Shown piece after piece: positions 30,757 to 40,570 of a stretch of DNA of 64,000 nt. The notes beneath the pieces were generated by a model. It searched no databases and was not told where the DNA came from. It saw nothing but the letters and a program-made list of their open reading frames with translations. This stretch comes from Alphaproteobacteria bacterium (GTDB lineage Bacteria > Pseudomonadota > Alphaproteobacteria > GCA-2731375). A program made the position numbers and the translations under genes. Within the stretch, counting starts at the first letter, position 1; each line of letters opens with the position of its first letter. Location: contig CBDDBZ010000036.1 in NCBI GenBank assembly GCA_965225945.1, positions 64,001 through 128,000 of the forward strand, written 5' to 3'.

Positions 30757-31931
30757 GGGCTAGCCGCCGCCGCCAGGATCGCCGCGCCGGAGGTGACGCC
30801 CTTCAGGTAATTGACCATGCCGAAGCCGGCGACCATGCCGAAGCGGGCGCCCTCGACGCGGCGGCCGAGGGTCTCCCCGGTCAGTTGACGGATGCCCTCC
30901 ACCAGGGGGAGGAAGCCGCCCGCCGCGCCCGCCTGTCCGACCGAGAGCTGGCCGCCGGAGGTATTGATCGCCAGGCCGCCGCCGCCGACCTCCAGCGAGG
31001 CCTCGCGGATGAAGGCCAGCGCGTCGCCGGCCGGCGCCAGGCCCAGGTTCTCGATCTGCCAGAGCACCACTACCGGATAGTCGTCATAGGCCTGCAGGAA
31101 GGCGATCTCGCTCGGGCCGATCGCGGCTTGCCGATAGAGCTCGTCGACGTCGAGCGCCCAGCCGCCTCGGCGCTGGACATCGTCGCCGGCCGAGGCGTCG
31201 TGGCGCTCCACCGCGGCGGCGATGGTGACGTGCCCCAGGGCGAGCCGGCGGGCCCGCTCGCCCGACATCACCAGGAAGGCTTCGCCGCCGGCACACGGCA
31301 TCACGCAGTCGAGCAGATGCAGCGGCTCGGCGATCGGGCGGGCGGCGAGGTAGGCCTCCATGGTCAGGGGCCGGCGCAGCAGGGCCAGCGGATTGGCCGC
31401 CGCGTGGGCGCGCTGGGCGAGGCAGAGCTTGCCGAAATCCTCCCGCCGGGCGCCGCGCTCGGCCATGAAGGCTTGAGTGATCATGGCAAAGACGGCGTTC
31501 GGTCCGGCGGCGCCATGGGGGTGCATGGCGTCCCGCGCGAAGCCCGAGAAATTGGCGATCAGCGCGTCGAAGTCGCCCCTGCCCATGTTGTCGGCGGCGA
31601 GACAGGCGACGATGTCGGCCTCGCCCGCCTGCACCGCGCGGGCGGCGCGGCGGAGCGCGATGATCGCCGAGGTGCCGCCGAGGTGGATATCCTCCAGGAA
31701 GCGCAGCGAGAGGCCGAGCTGTTCGGTCATCGCCGCAGCACCATCGGGGGGAAGCGTGAAGCTGGCGAGCGCCAGGCCGTCGATGTCGGTCTTCGCCAGG
31801 CCGGTCCGCTCGAGGCATTCCTTCAACAGGCGCGCGAGATACCACTGCGTCGAGCGCGCGGTGTGGCGGGCATAGCCGAGGGAGACCGGCGTCGTCAGCG
31901 CCACCCCCTCATAGCTCACCGGCCCGGCCAT
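30753..31931 (-). CDS. Thiolase-superfamily protein
   Basis: AYDDYP, INTSGGQLS; coupled to the DUF35 gene by ATGA overlap. Confidence 0.88.
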   Translation of the reverse strand: MAGPVSYEGVALTTPVSLGYARHTARSTQWYLARLLKECLERTGLAKTDIDGLALASFTLPPDGAAAMTEQLGLSLRFLEDIHLGGTSAIIALRRAARAVQAGEADIVACLAADNMGRGDFDALIANFSGFARDAMHPHGAAGPNAVFAMITQAFMAERGARREDFGKLCLAQRAHAAANPLALLRRPLTMEAYLAARPIAEPLHLLDCVMPCAGGEAFLVMSGERARRLALGHVTIAAAVERHDASAGDDVQRRGGWALDVDELYRQAAIGPSEIAFLQAYDDYPVVVLWQIENLGLAPAGDALAFIREASLEVGGGGLAINTSGGQLSVGQAGAAGGFLPLVEGIRQLTGETLGRRVEGARFGMVAGFGMVNYLKGVTSGAAILAAAASP

Positions 31932-32020
31932 GGCGCGCCTCCGGATGTTCGACCCGGGCTCACTCTGCGCTATCCTCGCGCCTGGGCGCAATCGGCGCTC
32001 TCACACGGGGAGACGAAGCG

Positions 32021-33256
32021 ATGCAGGGGCGAGAGGTCGAAATCGAGGCCGCCGACGGCGGCACGTTCCAGGGCTATCTGAGCCTGCCCGAAGGCGGGAC
32101 CGGCCCCGGCCTGGTGGTGCTGCAGGAGATCTTCGGGGTCAACGCGCACATCCGCGAGGTCTGCGACAGTTTCGCCGAGGAAGGCTACGTGACGCTGGCG
32201 CCCGACCTGTTCTGGCGGGTCGAGCCGGGCCTCCAGCTCGGCTACGGCGAGGAGGACCGGGAGAAGGCCTTCGCCGTCCTCGGCCGCTTCGACGAGGACA
32301 GGAGCGCGGAGGATATCGCCCAGACGGTCGCCCACCTCCGCGCGCACGAGGCCTGCGAGGGTGGCGTCGGCGCCATGGGCTTCTGCCTCGGCGGCAAGCT
32401 CGCCTATCTGGCAGCGACGCGGGCCGGCGTCGAGTGCGCCATCGGCTATTACGGCGTCGGGATCGAGAACAACCTGGACGAACTGGACCGAGCCAATTGT
32501 CCGATCCTGCTACACTTCGCGGGCGAGGACTCCCACGTGCCGCCGGCCTCGGTGGCCAAGATCGAAGCCGCCTGCGCCGAGCGCGAGGCGACGGAAATTT
32601 ACACCTATCCCGGCGCCGAGCACGGCTTCAATTGCGGCGCGCGGCCTTCATACAGCCGGCCGACGGCGATCATGGCGCATTCGCGCTCCATCGCGCTGCT
32701 GCACCGCACCCTTGGGCCGCGCTACGATCTGAGCGGACTTTGGGACGAGCATTGCGCCTGCGAGTTCGGCGCGCGCGACGCCAAGGCGACGATGGACACC
32801 ATGGTGGCGGAGCCTTACGTCAACCACATCCCGACACTGACCGGCGGCGTCGGCTACCGCGATCTCTATCGCTTCTACAAGAACCACTTCATCCCCATGA
32901 CGCCGGCCGACACCAGCCTGACGCCGATAAGCCGCACGGTGGGCGCCGACCGGGTGGTGGACGAGATGGTCTTCAGCTTCACCCACGACATCGAGATCGA
33001 CTGGATGCTCCCCGGCATCGCGCCGACGGGCAGGAAGGTCGAGGTGCCCTTGGTGGCGATCGTCTGCTTCCGGGGCGGCCGGCTCTACAACGAGCACATC
33101 TATTGGGACCAGGCCTCGGTGCTGGCGCAGATCGGGCTGTTGGACCCCGCGAAGCTGCCGATCGCGGGGGTGGAGACGGCCCGCAAGCTGGTGGACGAGA
33201 CCCTGCCGTCGAACGGGATGATGGCCAGATGGTCGGAAAGCGAGGGGCTGGAATAA
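32021..33256 (+). CDS. Dienelactone hydrolase fused to a SnoaL-like domain
   Basis: QEIFG, GFCLGG, HGF, then PYVNHIPT...EHIYWDQASV. Confidence 0.88.
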   Translation: MQGREVEIEAADGGTFQGYLSLPEGGTGPGLVVLQEIFGVNAHIREVCDSFAEEGYVTLAPDLFWRVEPGLQLGYGEEDREKAFAVLGRFDEDRSAEDIAQTVAHLRAHEACEGGVGAMGFCLGGKLAYLAATRAGVECAIGYYGVGIENNLDELDRANCPILLHFAGEDSHVPPASVAKIEAACAEREATEIYTYPGAEHGFNCGARPSYSRPTAIMAHSRSIALLHRTLGPRYDLSGLWDEHCACEFGARDAKATMDTMVAEPYVNHIPTLTGGVGYRDLYRFYKNHFIPMTPADTSLTPISRTVGADRVVDEMVFSFTHDIEIDWMLPGIAPTGRKVEVPLVAIVCFRGGRLYNEHIYWDQASVLAQIGLLDPAKLPIAGVETARKLVDETLPSNGMMARWSESEGLE

Positions 33257-33315
33257 CGGGAGAGTGCGGTGGAGACGATCTCGCGCCCAGAGGGCCGACC
33301 AATCGGCACCCTGCT

Positions 33316-34383
33316 TTAGAGGCGGGCGAGGTGGGCGTCGATGGCCTCGATCAGGATCGTCTGGCTGGTCTTGGCGAGACGCCGCCGGGCGTCGAGCAGT
33401 CTGCGATGCAGCTCCTCGTCCAGGCGGATCGTCAGGGCGACGCGCCGGTCGCCGGAAGACCCTATGTCGGCGGCCGATTGCAGCACCGTCTTGCCTAGGC
33501 CTTCCGCCGCCTTGCCGAGGAGCTCGGCGACGCTCTCGTCGCGCACCGCCACGCTCAGCGCCTCGGCCGGCGCGTGCTCGACGGCCTCCGCCTCATCCTC
33601 GTCGCGCCAGACCGCGACCCGCCAGCCTTGCGCGATCTGGAAATAGTGCACGTCGGCGCCCGCGTCCGGCGCCCGGTCGTGGCGTCCGAGATATTCGGCG
33701 CCGCCTCTCGCCATGGTGGAGGCGAGAACGGAAGCGGGTGCCGTGCCCTGATCCAGATCGTCGAGAAAGGCCTCGAGCGAACTCATCACCAGGCCCTGGA
33801 ACGAGCATCCGTGGCCCCGGCAGATATCCGCGAGGCAGGTGTGTTGAAGGGGCGTCAGGCGAAGGGTGAGGGACTTGCGCCGGCCGTGGACGGGCGGTCC
33901 GGGAAGCCCGGCGAGGTCGCGGGGCGGCCCCGGCACCGACGCTTCCTCGACGCTCGGCGCGAAGATTTCCGGCGTCTGCGCCATCGGGTCGGGCGCTGGT
34001 GGCAGCTCGGGCGCGGCGACGCGGGGCATCGGTGTTGGCGAGTCCTGGCTCCAGCGCGGCCGAGGGGCCTGCGGCGCGCGGCGAGAATCGGCCTCGAGGT
34101 CGGGGCGGGTGAGATCGTATCCGGACCCGCTGCCGAGTTCGGCGCGGCGCTGACGCTCGGCCTTGTGGACGTGCCGCCCGGCGCCGATCAGCGCCGCACT
34201 CAGGCTGGTGGCAGGTTGCGCGTCGGGCGTGGCCGGCGTCGAAGGCATTGCCTCGATCTCCCGGATCCGGGCCTGGAACTCGGCCCTCTCCGCCATCGTC
34301 AGCGGCGGTACGGTGGGTTCGCCGCTCGGCTCGATCCTGCGGGTGATCAGCCCGACGGTCAGTGACGCTGCGCTCTTTGACAT
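33316..34383 (-). CDS. Hypothetical ParA partner with two RHH-like segments
   Basis: RKSLTLRLTP and RVALTIRLDEELHRRL..SQTILIEAID; directly downstream of parA. Confidence 0.6.
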   Translation of the reverse strand: MSKSAASLTVGLITRRIEPSGEPTVPPLTMAERAEFQARIREIEAMPSTPATPDAQPATSLSAALIGAGRHVHKAERQRRAELGSGSGYDLTRPDLEADSRRAPQAPRPRWSQDSPTPMPRVAAPELPPAPDPMAQTPEIFAPSVEEASVPGPPRDLAGLPGPPVHGRRKSLTLRLTPLQHTCLADICRGHGCSFQGLVMSSLEAFLDDLDQGTAPASVLASTMARGGAEYLGRHDRAPDAGADVHYFQIAQGWRVAVWRDEDEAEAVEHAPAEALSVAVRDESVAELLGKAAEGLGKTVLQSAADIGSSGDRRVALTIRLDEELHRRLLDARRRLAKTSQTILIEAIDAHLARL

Positions 34384-34436
34384 CGATGCATCCCGTATCT
34401 GTTCGGCCGTTCACGATCGCTGGTCCGGCGGTCGCC

Positions 34437-35414
34437 TCAGGTGTTGCGTCGCCCGAAGGACGGCCCTCGTCGCTCGGGCCCGCTAGGCGTGCCCTTGTCC
34501 TGACGTCGGCGATCCGGTCCGAAGTAGGTCGGCGTTCGAGTCAGCCGGCGCTGGGCGAAAAACTGCTCCGCTGTCGGGGTTGGCTCGCGCTGAAGTTCGG
34601 CCGGGGCCGTCGGCGGTGTCGGGCGCTCGCTCGGCTCGGATTCCGGTTCGGGCGCCGCCGCGACGGGTTCGGGTTGGGGCGCCGCCACGACGGGTTCGGG
34701 TTCCGGCGCGGGCTCCGGTTCGGGGGCCGGGGCCGCGACCGGCGCCGCCACCTCGTCGGGTTGGGTTGCCGCCAATTCCTCGATCCGCGCCATGCGCGAG
34801 GCGATGTAATCCCAGAGCGCCGCCACCTCCTTGCCCGACTTGGAGCCCTTCGCGACCTCCATCACCGTGCGGCCGTCGGTCATGCTCGCGGCGAAGTCGA
34901 CCCGGTTATGGATGATCGTCGGCGCCACGGTGCCGTGCTGCGAGAGGGCCATCGCCGCATCGGCGGTGATCTTGGCGCGGCTGGCGGCGCTGTTGAGGAC
35001 GAAGATCATCGGCCGACGGTGCGATTCGACGATGTCGATGGTGGCGCCGACGGCGCGCAGGTCGTGCGGACTCGGCCGCGTCGGGATCACCACCAGATCG
35101 GCGTGACGCACCACCTCGCCGATGGCCGAGGTCGCCGCCGGCGGGGTGTCGATGACGATTAACGCGATGCCGAGGTCCTTGAGCTCCTGAATGTCGTTGG
35201 AAATGTTGTCGACATCGCTCACCTTGAGAACCAGCGAGTTGTCCTCGCGGGCATAACGCCACTGGGCGAGGCTGCGCTGCGGGTCGGTGTCGACCACCGC
35301 CACCGGCCCCTGGCCGGACAACTCGGCCTGGACCGCGATATGGCCGGAGAGCGTGGTCTTGCCGGACCCCCCTTTCTGCGAGGCGAATACCAAAACCTTC
35401 GAACCGGATGACAT
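34437..35414 (-). CDS. Orphan ParA-family ATPase with Pro/Glu linker and Arg-rich tail
   Basis: KGGSGKTT, DTDPQ, IDTPP, PSPHDL. Confidence 0.92.
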   Translation of the reverse strand: MSSGSKVLVFASQKGGSGKTTLSGHIAVQAELSGQGPVAVVDTDPQRSLAQWRYAREDNSLVLKVSDVDNISNDIQELKDLGIALIVIDTPPAATSAIGEVVRHADLVVIPTRPSPHDLRAVGATIDIVESHRRPMIFVLNSAASRAKITADAAMALSQHGTVAPTIIHNRVDFAASMTDGRTVMEVAKGSKSGKEVAALWDYIASRMARIEELAATQPDEVAAPVAAPAPEPEPAPEPEPVVAAPQPEPVAAAPEPESEPSERPTPPTAPAELQREPTPTAEQFFAQRRLTRTPTYFGPDRRRQDKGTPSGPERRGPSFGRRNT

Positions 35415-35694
35415 GAGCGAGAACTCGTCCTTCTAGCGTTGTCGTTTAGCGTTGTCGTTACGAAAACCGGACGCGGGTTACCCGCCGGACGCCGCCAGGG
35501 ATGGAGGAAGTGTCTCCCGGTCGGGATCGATGGTGAGCTGTCGTCCTCGCAATTCGGCCTCCATCCGGCAAGATGATAGCACGTGACGTCGTGCGATGCC
35601 AAATTTCGCGTGGTGTCACGCGACGTCGATTTACGTGCGTTTCGGTGGTGATCGTGACAACACGGTAACACTGTTCGCGCCCGCGTCGCGGTCG

Positions 35695-36618
35695 TCACCC
35701 GGTCGTTTCGCTCGGGGCATGGACCCGGGCCCAATGGCGAGCGATATCGATCCGCTTGCAGACCCAAACGTCGTCGAAACCCGCCACGTATTCCAGGAAC
35801 CGTTGCAACCCCCGGGCCCGCGCGGGATGGCCTGAGAGGCGCATGTGGAGCCCGACGGACATCATCTTCGGGGCTTCCGCGCCTTCCTCGCGCAACAGGT
35901 CGAAGGCATCGCGAAGCCAGCGGAAGAAGTCTTCGCCGGTGCCCATGAAACCGCGAACGAATTTGGTATCGTTGTTGGTCAAAGTGTAGGGGACGATCAG
36001 ATGCGAGCGTCCGTCCAAGTTCGTCCAATATGGCAATTCATCATTGTAAGAGTCTGAATCGTAAATAAATCCGCCTTCCTCAAGCAAGAGTCTCCGGGTA
36101 TTGACACTGGGGCCGTAGCGGCAATACCAGCCCTCCGGCCGGGCGCCGACGGTCCGTTCCAGCGACTCGATCGCCATCCGGATGTGGCGCCGCTCCTCGT
36201 CCTCCGACAGCCGATAGTGCTCGATCCAGCGCCAGCCGTGACAGCAGACGTCGTGGCCGGCCTCGGTGATCGCGCGAGCGGCATCGGGATTGCGTTCGAG
36301 CGCCAGCGCGCAGCCGAATATGGTCAGTGGAAAATCATGCGCGGCGAAGAGCCGCATCAGGCGCCAGAAGCCGACGCGGCTGCCATATTCGAACATCGAT
36401 TCCGCGCCCAAGTCCCGATCGCCCCTGGGCACCGGCGAGGTCGGCGATTCCGTCAGATTGGCCTCGCTATAGCCGTCGCCCTCGGGCACGGCGTATTCCG
36501 AGCCCTCCTCGTAGTTGATCACGAAGTTGAGCGCCAGCCGCGCGCCGCCCGGCCACCGTGGGTCCGGCGGATTTGCCCCGTAGCCGACGAAATCGCGACG
36601 CTGTGCCTCGCCGTTCAT
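35695..36618 (-). CDS. puuE: Allantoinase PuuE (polysaccharide deacetylase fold)
   Basis: RDFVGYG, WPGGARLA..NYEEG, ESMFEYGSRVG, MMSVGLH. Confidence 0.9.
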   Translation of the reverse strand: MNGEAQRRDFVGYGANPPDPRWPGGARLALNFVINYEEGSEYAVPEGDGYSEANLTESPTSPVPRGDRDLGAESMFEYGSRVGFWRLMRLFAAHDFPLTIFGCALALERNPDAARAITEAGHDVCCHGWRWIEHYRLSEDEERRHIRMAIESLERTVGARPEGWYCRYGPSVNTRRLLLEEGGFIYDSDSYNDELPYWTNLDGRSHLIVPYTLTNNDTKFVRGFMGTGEDFFRWLRDAFDLLREEGAEAPKMMSVGLHMRLSGHPARARGLQRFLEYVAGFDDVWVCKRIDIARHWARVHAPSETTG

Positions 36619-36735
36619 TGCCTTCTCCCGCGTTTGTGTGAACCGATTTGTGGGAACGGTTGCCCGACCCCTCGCGAGGCGCCATGCTCCGGGCGCCCTG
36701 AGCCCGCAGGGCATTCCAACCCAGGGGAGGCGCCG

Positions 36736-37515
36736 GTGTCCAGCCAGCAATTCTGCAGCGTCGAACGCGACGGTCATCTGATGATCGTGACCCTGAACCG
36801 ACCGGAGGTGATGAACGCGCTGCATCCGCCGGCCTGTTTCGAGTTGAGCGCGGTGTTCGATGCCTTCGAGGCCGATCCCGAACTCTGGATCGGCATCCTG
36901 ACCGGTGCCGGGAATCGCGCCTTCTGCGCCGGCAACGATCTCAAATATCAGGCCGCCGGCAACGACATGACCCGGCCCGAGAGCGGCTTCGGCGGCTTCA
37001 CCAAGCGATTCAATTCCACCAAACCCTGGATCGCGGCGGTGAACGGCGTCGCCATGGGCGGCGGCTTCGAGCTGGCACTCGCCTGCGACATCATCATCGC
37101 CGCCGAGAACGCGCGCTTCGCGCTACCCGAGCCGCGCGTGGGCCTCGCGGCCAGGGGCGGCGGCCTGGCGCGGCTGCCGCGGCAAATGCCCCTGAAGCAG
37201 GCGATGGGCATGATCCTGACCGGGCGGCACGTTCCGGCGGCGGAGGGCGCCAGCCTCGGTTTCGTCACCGCGCTGGCGCCCCAGCGCGAGGCGCTGGCCG
37301 AGGCCAGGCGATGGGCCGGGCTGATCCTCGAATGCTCGCCGATGTCGATCCGCGCCTCCAAGCAGGCGGTCACCCGGGGGCTGGACATGGCTAGCCTCGC
37401 GCAATCCTATGGCGAGGACTATCCGGCCGTCCTGGAGCTGTTCGCCAGCGAGGACTTTGTCGAGGGCCCGAAGGCCTTCGCGGAGAAACGCAAGCCCGAC
37501 TGGAAGGGACGCTGA
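36736..37515 (+). CDS. Enoyl-CoA hydratase (CaiD-like)
   Basis: LNRPEVMNAL, FCAGNDL, GGGFE, LPEPRVG; GTG after GGAGG. Confidence 0.9.
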   Translation: MSSQQFCSVERDGHLMIVTLNRPEVMNALHPPACFELSAVFDAFEADPELWIGILTGAGNRAFCAGNDLKYQAAGNDMTRPESGFGGFTKRFNSTKPWIAAVNGVAMGGGFELALACDIIIAAENARFALPEPRVGLAARGGGLARLPRQMPLKQAMGMILTGRHVPAAEGASLGFVTALAPQREALAEARRWAGLILECSPMSIRASKQAVTRGLDMASLAQSYGEDYPAVLELFASEDFVEGPKAFAEKRKPDWKGR

Positions 37516-37575
37516 CGGCGCGACAGGTTTCATTAGTCCGAGTTCCCATCAGGTTCGCTCATTCGCCTCGTTACC

Positions 37576-38078
37576 GAGTCATACATCCGGCGTGGTCTCG
37601 AGCTCTTCACCGTGCACCACCATCGCGGCCTGCCGGACACGCAAGACCCGAAGCTGAATTCCCACAGCAAGCTGAACTGCATCATCGCGATGATCCAGGC
37701 GATCAAGGCCGGCGCCGACGAGGCCTTGATGCTCGACCCCCAGGGCTTCGTCTCGACCTGCAATTCGGTCAACTTCTTCATCGTGCGCAAGGGCGAGGTC
37801 TGGACCTCGACCGGCGACTATTGCCTGAACGGGATTACCCGGGCCAAGGTGATCGAGCTCTGCCGCGACGCCCAAATCCCGGTCTTCGAGCGCAACTATT
37901 CCCTGCTCGATACCTATGGCGCCGACGAGGCTTTCACCACCGGCACCTTCGGCGCCCAGACGCCGGTGGTGGAGATCGACGGGCGAACCATCGGCGAGGG
38001 CGCGCGCCCGGCCCGATCTTCCACCGCATTCGCGCGCTCTACAAGGATCTGGTGCGCCGTGACTGCGGCCTCGATTAG
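37576..38078 (+). pseudogene. Class IV aminotransferase, 5'-truncated, +2 frameshift near 38000
   Basis: DPKLNSHSKLN, EALMLD, LNGITR, EAFTTGT; no N-terminal half. Confidence 0.85.
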
Positions 38079-38201
38079 CCGTGTCGATTACGGAGACACG
38101 CCCGTCGTCCACGATGAGCGCAACTTGGCACTTGGGCCGACGGGTGGTCGAGGGCAGGTGGCGGTCAGAGGCTCCGCCTCGATCTTACACTATTGGTAAT
38201 T
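37947..38201. repeat. 255-bp direct repeat, copy 1 (copy 2 at 40110-40362)
   Basis: Near-identical; differs by a CG indel and one substitution. Confidence 0.95.
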
Positions 38202-38315
38202 GTGTAATCTTCAACGACCGCCGGGATGGCAGAGGGTTGCGACGTTTTCCAGACGCTCCTACCATGCCGAAAGGCGATCCAAATGGGGAATGCCGGTTGA
38301 GAAGAGGATGAATTG

Positions 38316-39314
38316 ATGAAACCGCGCCGTTCCTTTTGGTCCGCCGCACTTTTCCTGAGCCTCATTGCGCCCTCCGCACAGGCCGCCGGATTTGAGCGGG
38401 CCACGGTTGCGGCCGCGCAACCGATAGACATTGGGATCTGGTATCCATCCAACGATCCGCAACCTGATGAATTCAACACACCCTTCCGGCAAGCGGTCGC
38501 AATCGGAGGGGAACCAACGGGCGAGGGGCTGCCCCTCGTCGTGCTGTCGCACGGTTACGGTGGCTGGATGGGAGGTCATGCCGATACGGCGCTGGCGCTG
38601 GCCGAAGCCGGATTTGTTGCGGTCGCCCCTACTCATCCCGGAAGCAACTACGAGGACAAAAGCGCCCCGCCGTCCGAATGGATGGTATCGCGTCCTCGAC
38701 ATATCAGCTCTGTCATCGACTTCATGCTTGAAGAATGGGGACATTCCCGACGGCTCGCGCCCGGACAGATCGGCGTTTTTGGGTTTTCGGCCGGTGGCTA
38801 CACCGCCCTCGTCGCCGCGGGCGCAACACCGGACATTGCGCTGGCGATCGAGCACTGTGCGGGCAACCCCGCGGAGTTCCTGTGCCGGATCGGTCTGGTG
38901 GATAAGGTGGCAGCGAGCAGTCTTCGCACGGGCGATGCGGCGTTCTCGTCGGACCCGCGCATTCGCGCGATCAGCATTGCAGCCCCCGGCCTGGGCTTCG
39001 CCTTTGGGCGCGACGGGCTGGCCGACCTCTCGGTACCGGTCCAGATTTGGTCGGGATCATTGGATGACAGAGTTCCGCATGAGACGAATGTCGCACCGCT
39101 CGCCAAACAGCTTCCCAGGCCGGCTGAAGTGCAGGTGGTCGATCAGGCGGGGCACTTTGCCTTTCTTACACCCTGCAATCCGGCGTTCGAAGACGCCAAT
39201 CCGCGTATCTGGAACAAGATCTGCGTTGACACGCCCGGCTTCGACCAGACTGCTTTCCACGACATCATGAATGCCGGTATCATCGCGTTCTTCGATCGCA
39301 CGTTGAAGAATTAG
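38316..39314 (+). CDS. Exported alpha/beta hydrolase
   Basis: Signal peptide, LSHG.GG, GFSAGG, GHFAF. Confidence 0.88.
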   Translation: MKPRRSFWSAALFLSLIAPSAQAAGFERATVAAAQPIDIGIWYPSNDPQPDEFNTPFRQAVAIGGEPTGEGLPLVVLSHGYGGWMGGHADTALALAEAGFVAVAPTHPGSNYEDKSAPPSEWMVSRPRHISSVIDFMLEEWGHSRRLAPGQIGVFGFSAGGYTALVAAGATPDIALAIEHCAGNPAEFLCRIGLVDKVAASSLRTGDAAFSSDPRIRAISIAAPGLGFAFGRDGLADLSVPVQIWSGSLDDRVPHETNVAPLAKQLPRPAEVQVVDQAGHFAFLTPCNPAFEDANPRIWNKICVDTPGFDQTAFHDIMNAGIIAFFDRTLKN

Positions 39315-39325
39315 TGCATCTATAA

Positions 39326-40095
39326 ATTACGGTGACAGTGCACTCATTTGACAAATCCTCCGCATGGAGGGAGATTTCGTGCATGGCCCGTCTTGCCCGC
39401 ATCGTCGTTCCCGGCGTCCCGCATCACGTGACCCAACGTGGCAACTGTCGACAGTAGACATTTTTCCACGACGAGGATTACGTCTTTTACCGCGATCTGC
39501 TCGGCCGCGAATGCCGGGCCGCCGAAGTCGAGGTCTGGGCCTGGTGTCTGATGCCCAACCACGTTCATCTGATCCTGGTGCCCGCCGATTCGGACGGCGT
39601 GCGGCGTGCGCTCGCCCGCGTGCGCTCGCCCGCGTGCATCGCGCCCATGCCGGGCGAATTCACGCGCGGCTGGAGCGGACCGGCCACTTCTGGCAGGGAC
39701 GCTTTGGCGCAGTGGCGATGGATGAGGCGCATCTGGCCGCGGCGGTGCGCTATGTCCTGCTCAATCCCGTGCGGGCTCGGCTGGTCGAGCTTGCCCGTGA
39801 CTGGCCCTGGTCGAGCCTGCATGCGCATCTATCCGGCCGTGACGACGGCGCCACGACGCCCGGCGCCCTCGATCCACGACTCCCCGACATCGCCACCCTG
39901 CTGGCGGGGGGTGAGGGGGACGACGCCGTGCATGACCGGCTGCGCCGCGCGGAATGCATCGGGCGCCCCCTCGGCGACGCGGCATTCATCGAGACGATCG
40001 AAACCCTCCTCGGCCGCTGCATCACGCCACGAAAGCCCGGCCGGAAACCGAAGTCGAACGCCGAGGGACGAAAATGAGTGCACTGTCACCGTAAT
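39326..40095 (+). mobile_element. RAYT/Y1-transposase element with perfect 24-bp inverted ends
   Basis: ATTACGGTGACAGTGCACTCATTT at 39326-39349 and its reverse complement at 40072-40095. Confidence 0.85.
39383..40077 (+). pseudogene. REP-associated tyrosine (HUH) transposase, disrupted
   Basis: HHVTQRGN, LMPNHVH, FWQGRF, Y...NPVRA, WPWSS; TAG at 39455 and 14-bp duplication at 39604-39631. Confidence 0.88.
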
Positions 40096-40109
40096 CGTCA
40101 CCGTAATCA

Positions 40110-40362
40110 CTTCGGCGCCCAGACGCCGGTGGTGGAGATCGACGGGCGAACCATCGGCGAGGGCGCGCCCGGCCCGATCTTCCACCGCATTCGCGCGCTC
40201 TACAAGGATCTGGTGCGCCGTGACTGCGGCCTCGATTAGCCGTGTCGATTACGGAGACACGCCCGTCGTCCACGATGAGCGCAACTTGGCACTTGGGCCG
40301 ACGGGTGGTCGAGGGCAGGTGGCGGTCAGAGGCTCCGCCTCGATCTTACATTATTGGTAATT
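40110..40362. repeat. Direct repeat copy 2 (aminotransferase 3' end plus downstream DNA)
   Basis: Starts 15 bp after the right inverted end of the RAYT element. Confidence 0.95.
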
Positions 40363-40444
40363 CTGTCATCTGCTAAAATAGCATTTCAAAGAAGACGCCC
40401 CGCCGGCCAAGGCCGACGGAGCTTTGATCAGTCGGGATCGGGCG

Positions 40445-40566
40445 TCAGACAAACGCCGGCATGACCTCTTCGGCGAAGAGTTCCATCGACTTCAGGACCC
40501 GCTCGTGGGCCAGGTCGCCGAACCAGAAGTTGGCGTTGAAGTGGTCGATCCCCATGAGAGAGTATT
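40445..40566 (-). pseudogene. C-terminal remnant of an LLM-class flavin monooxygenase
   Basis: GIDHFNANFWFGDLAHERVLKSMELFAEEVMPAF. Confidence 0.65.
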
Positions 40567-40570
40567 CGGG

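Noticed and set aside
34640-34745. GGTTCGGG-type repeats
   Set aside because: They encode the PEPEP linker of ParA
25803-39457. Amber or opal recoding suggested by in-frame stops in cvpA, RAYT, xis and IS1595
   Set aside because: The stops are of all three types, and TAG and TGA end many intact genes here; point mutation or error is simpler
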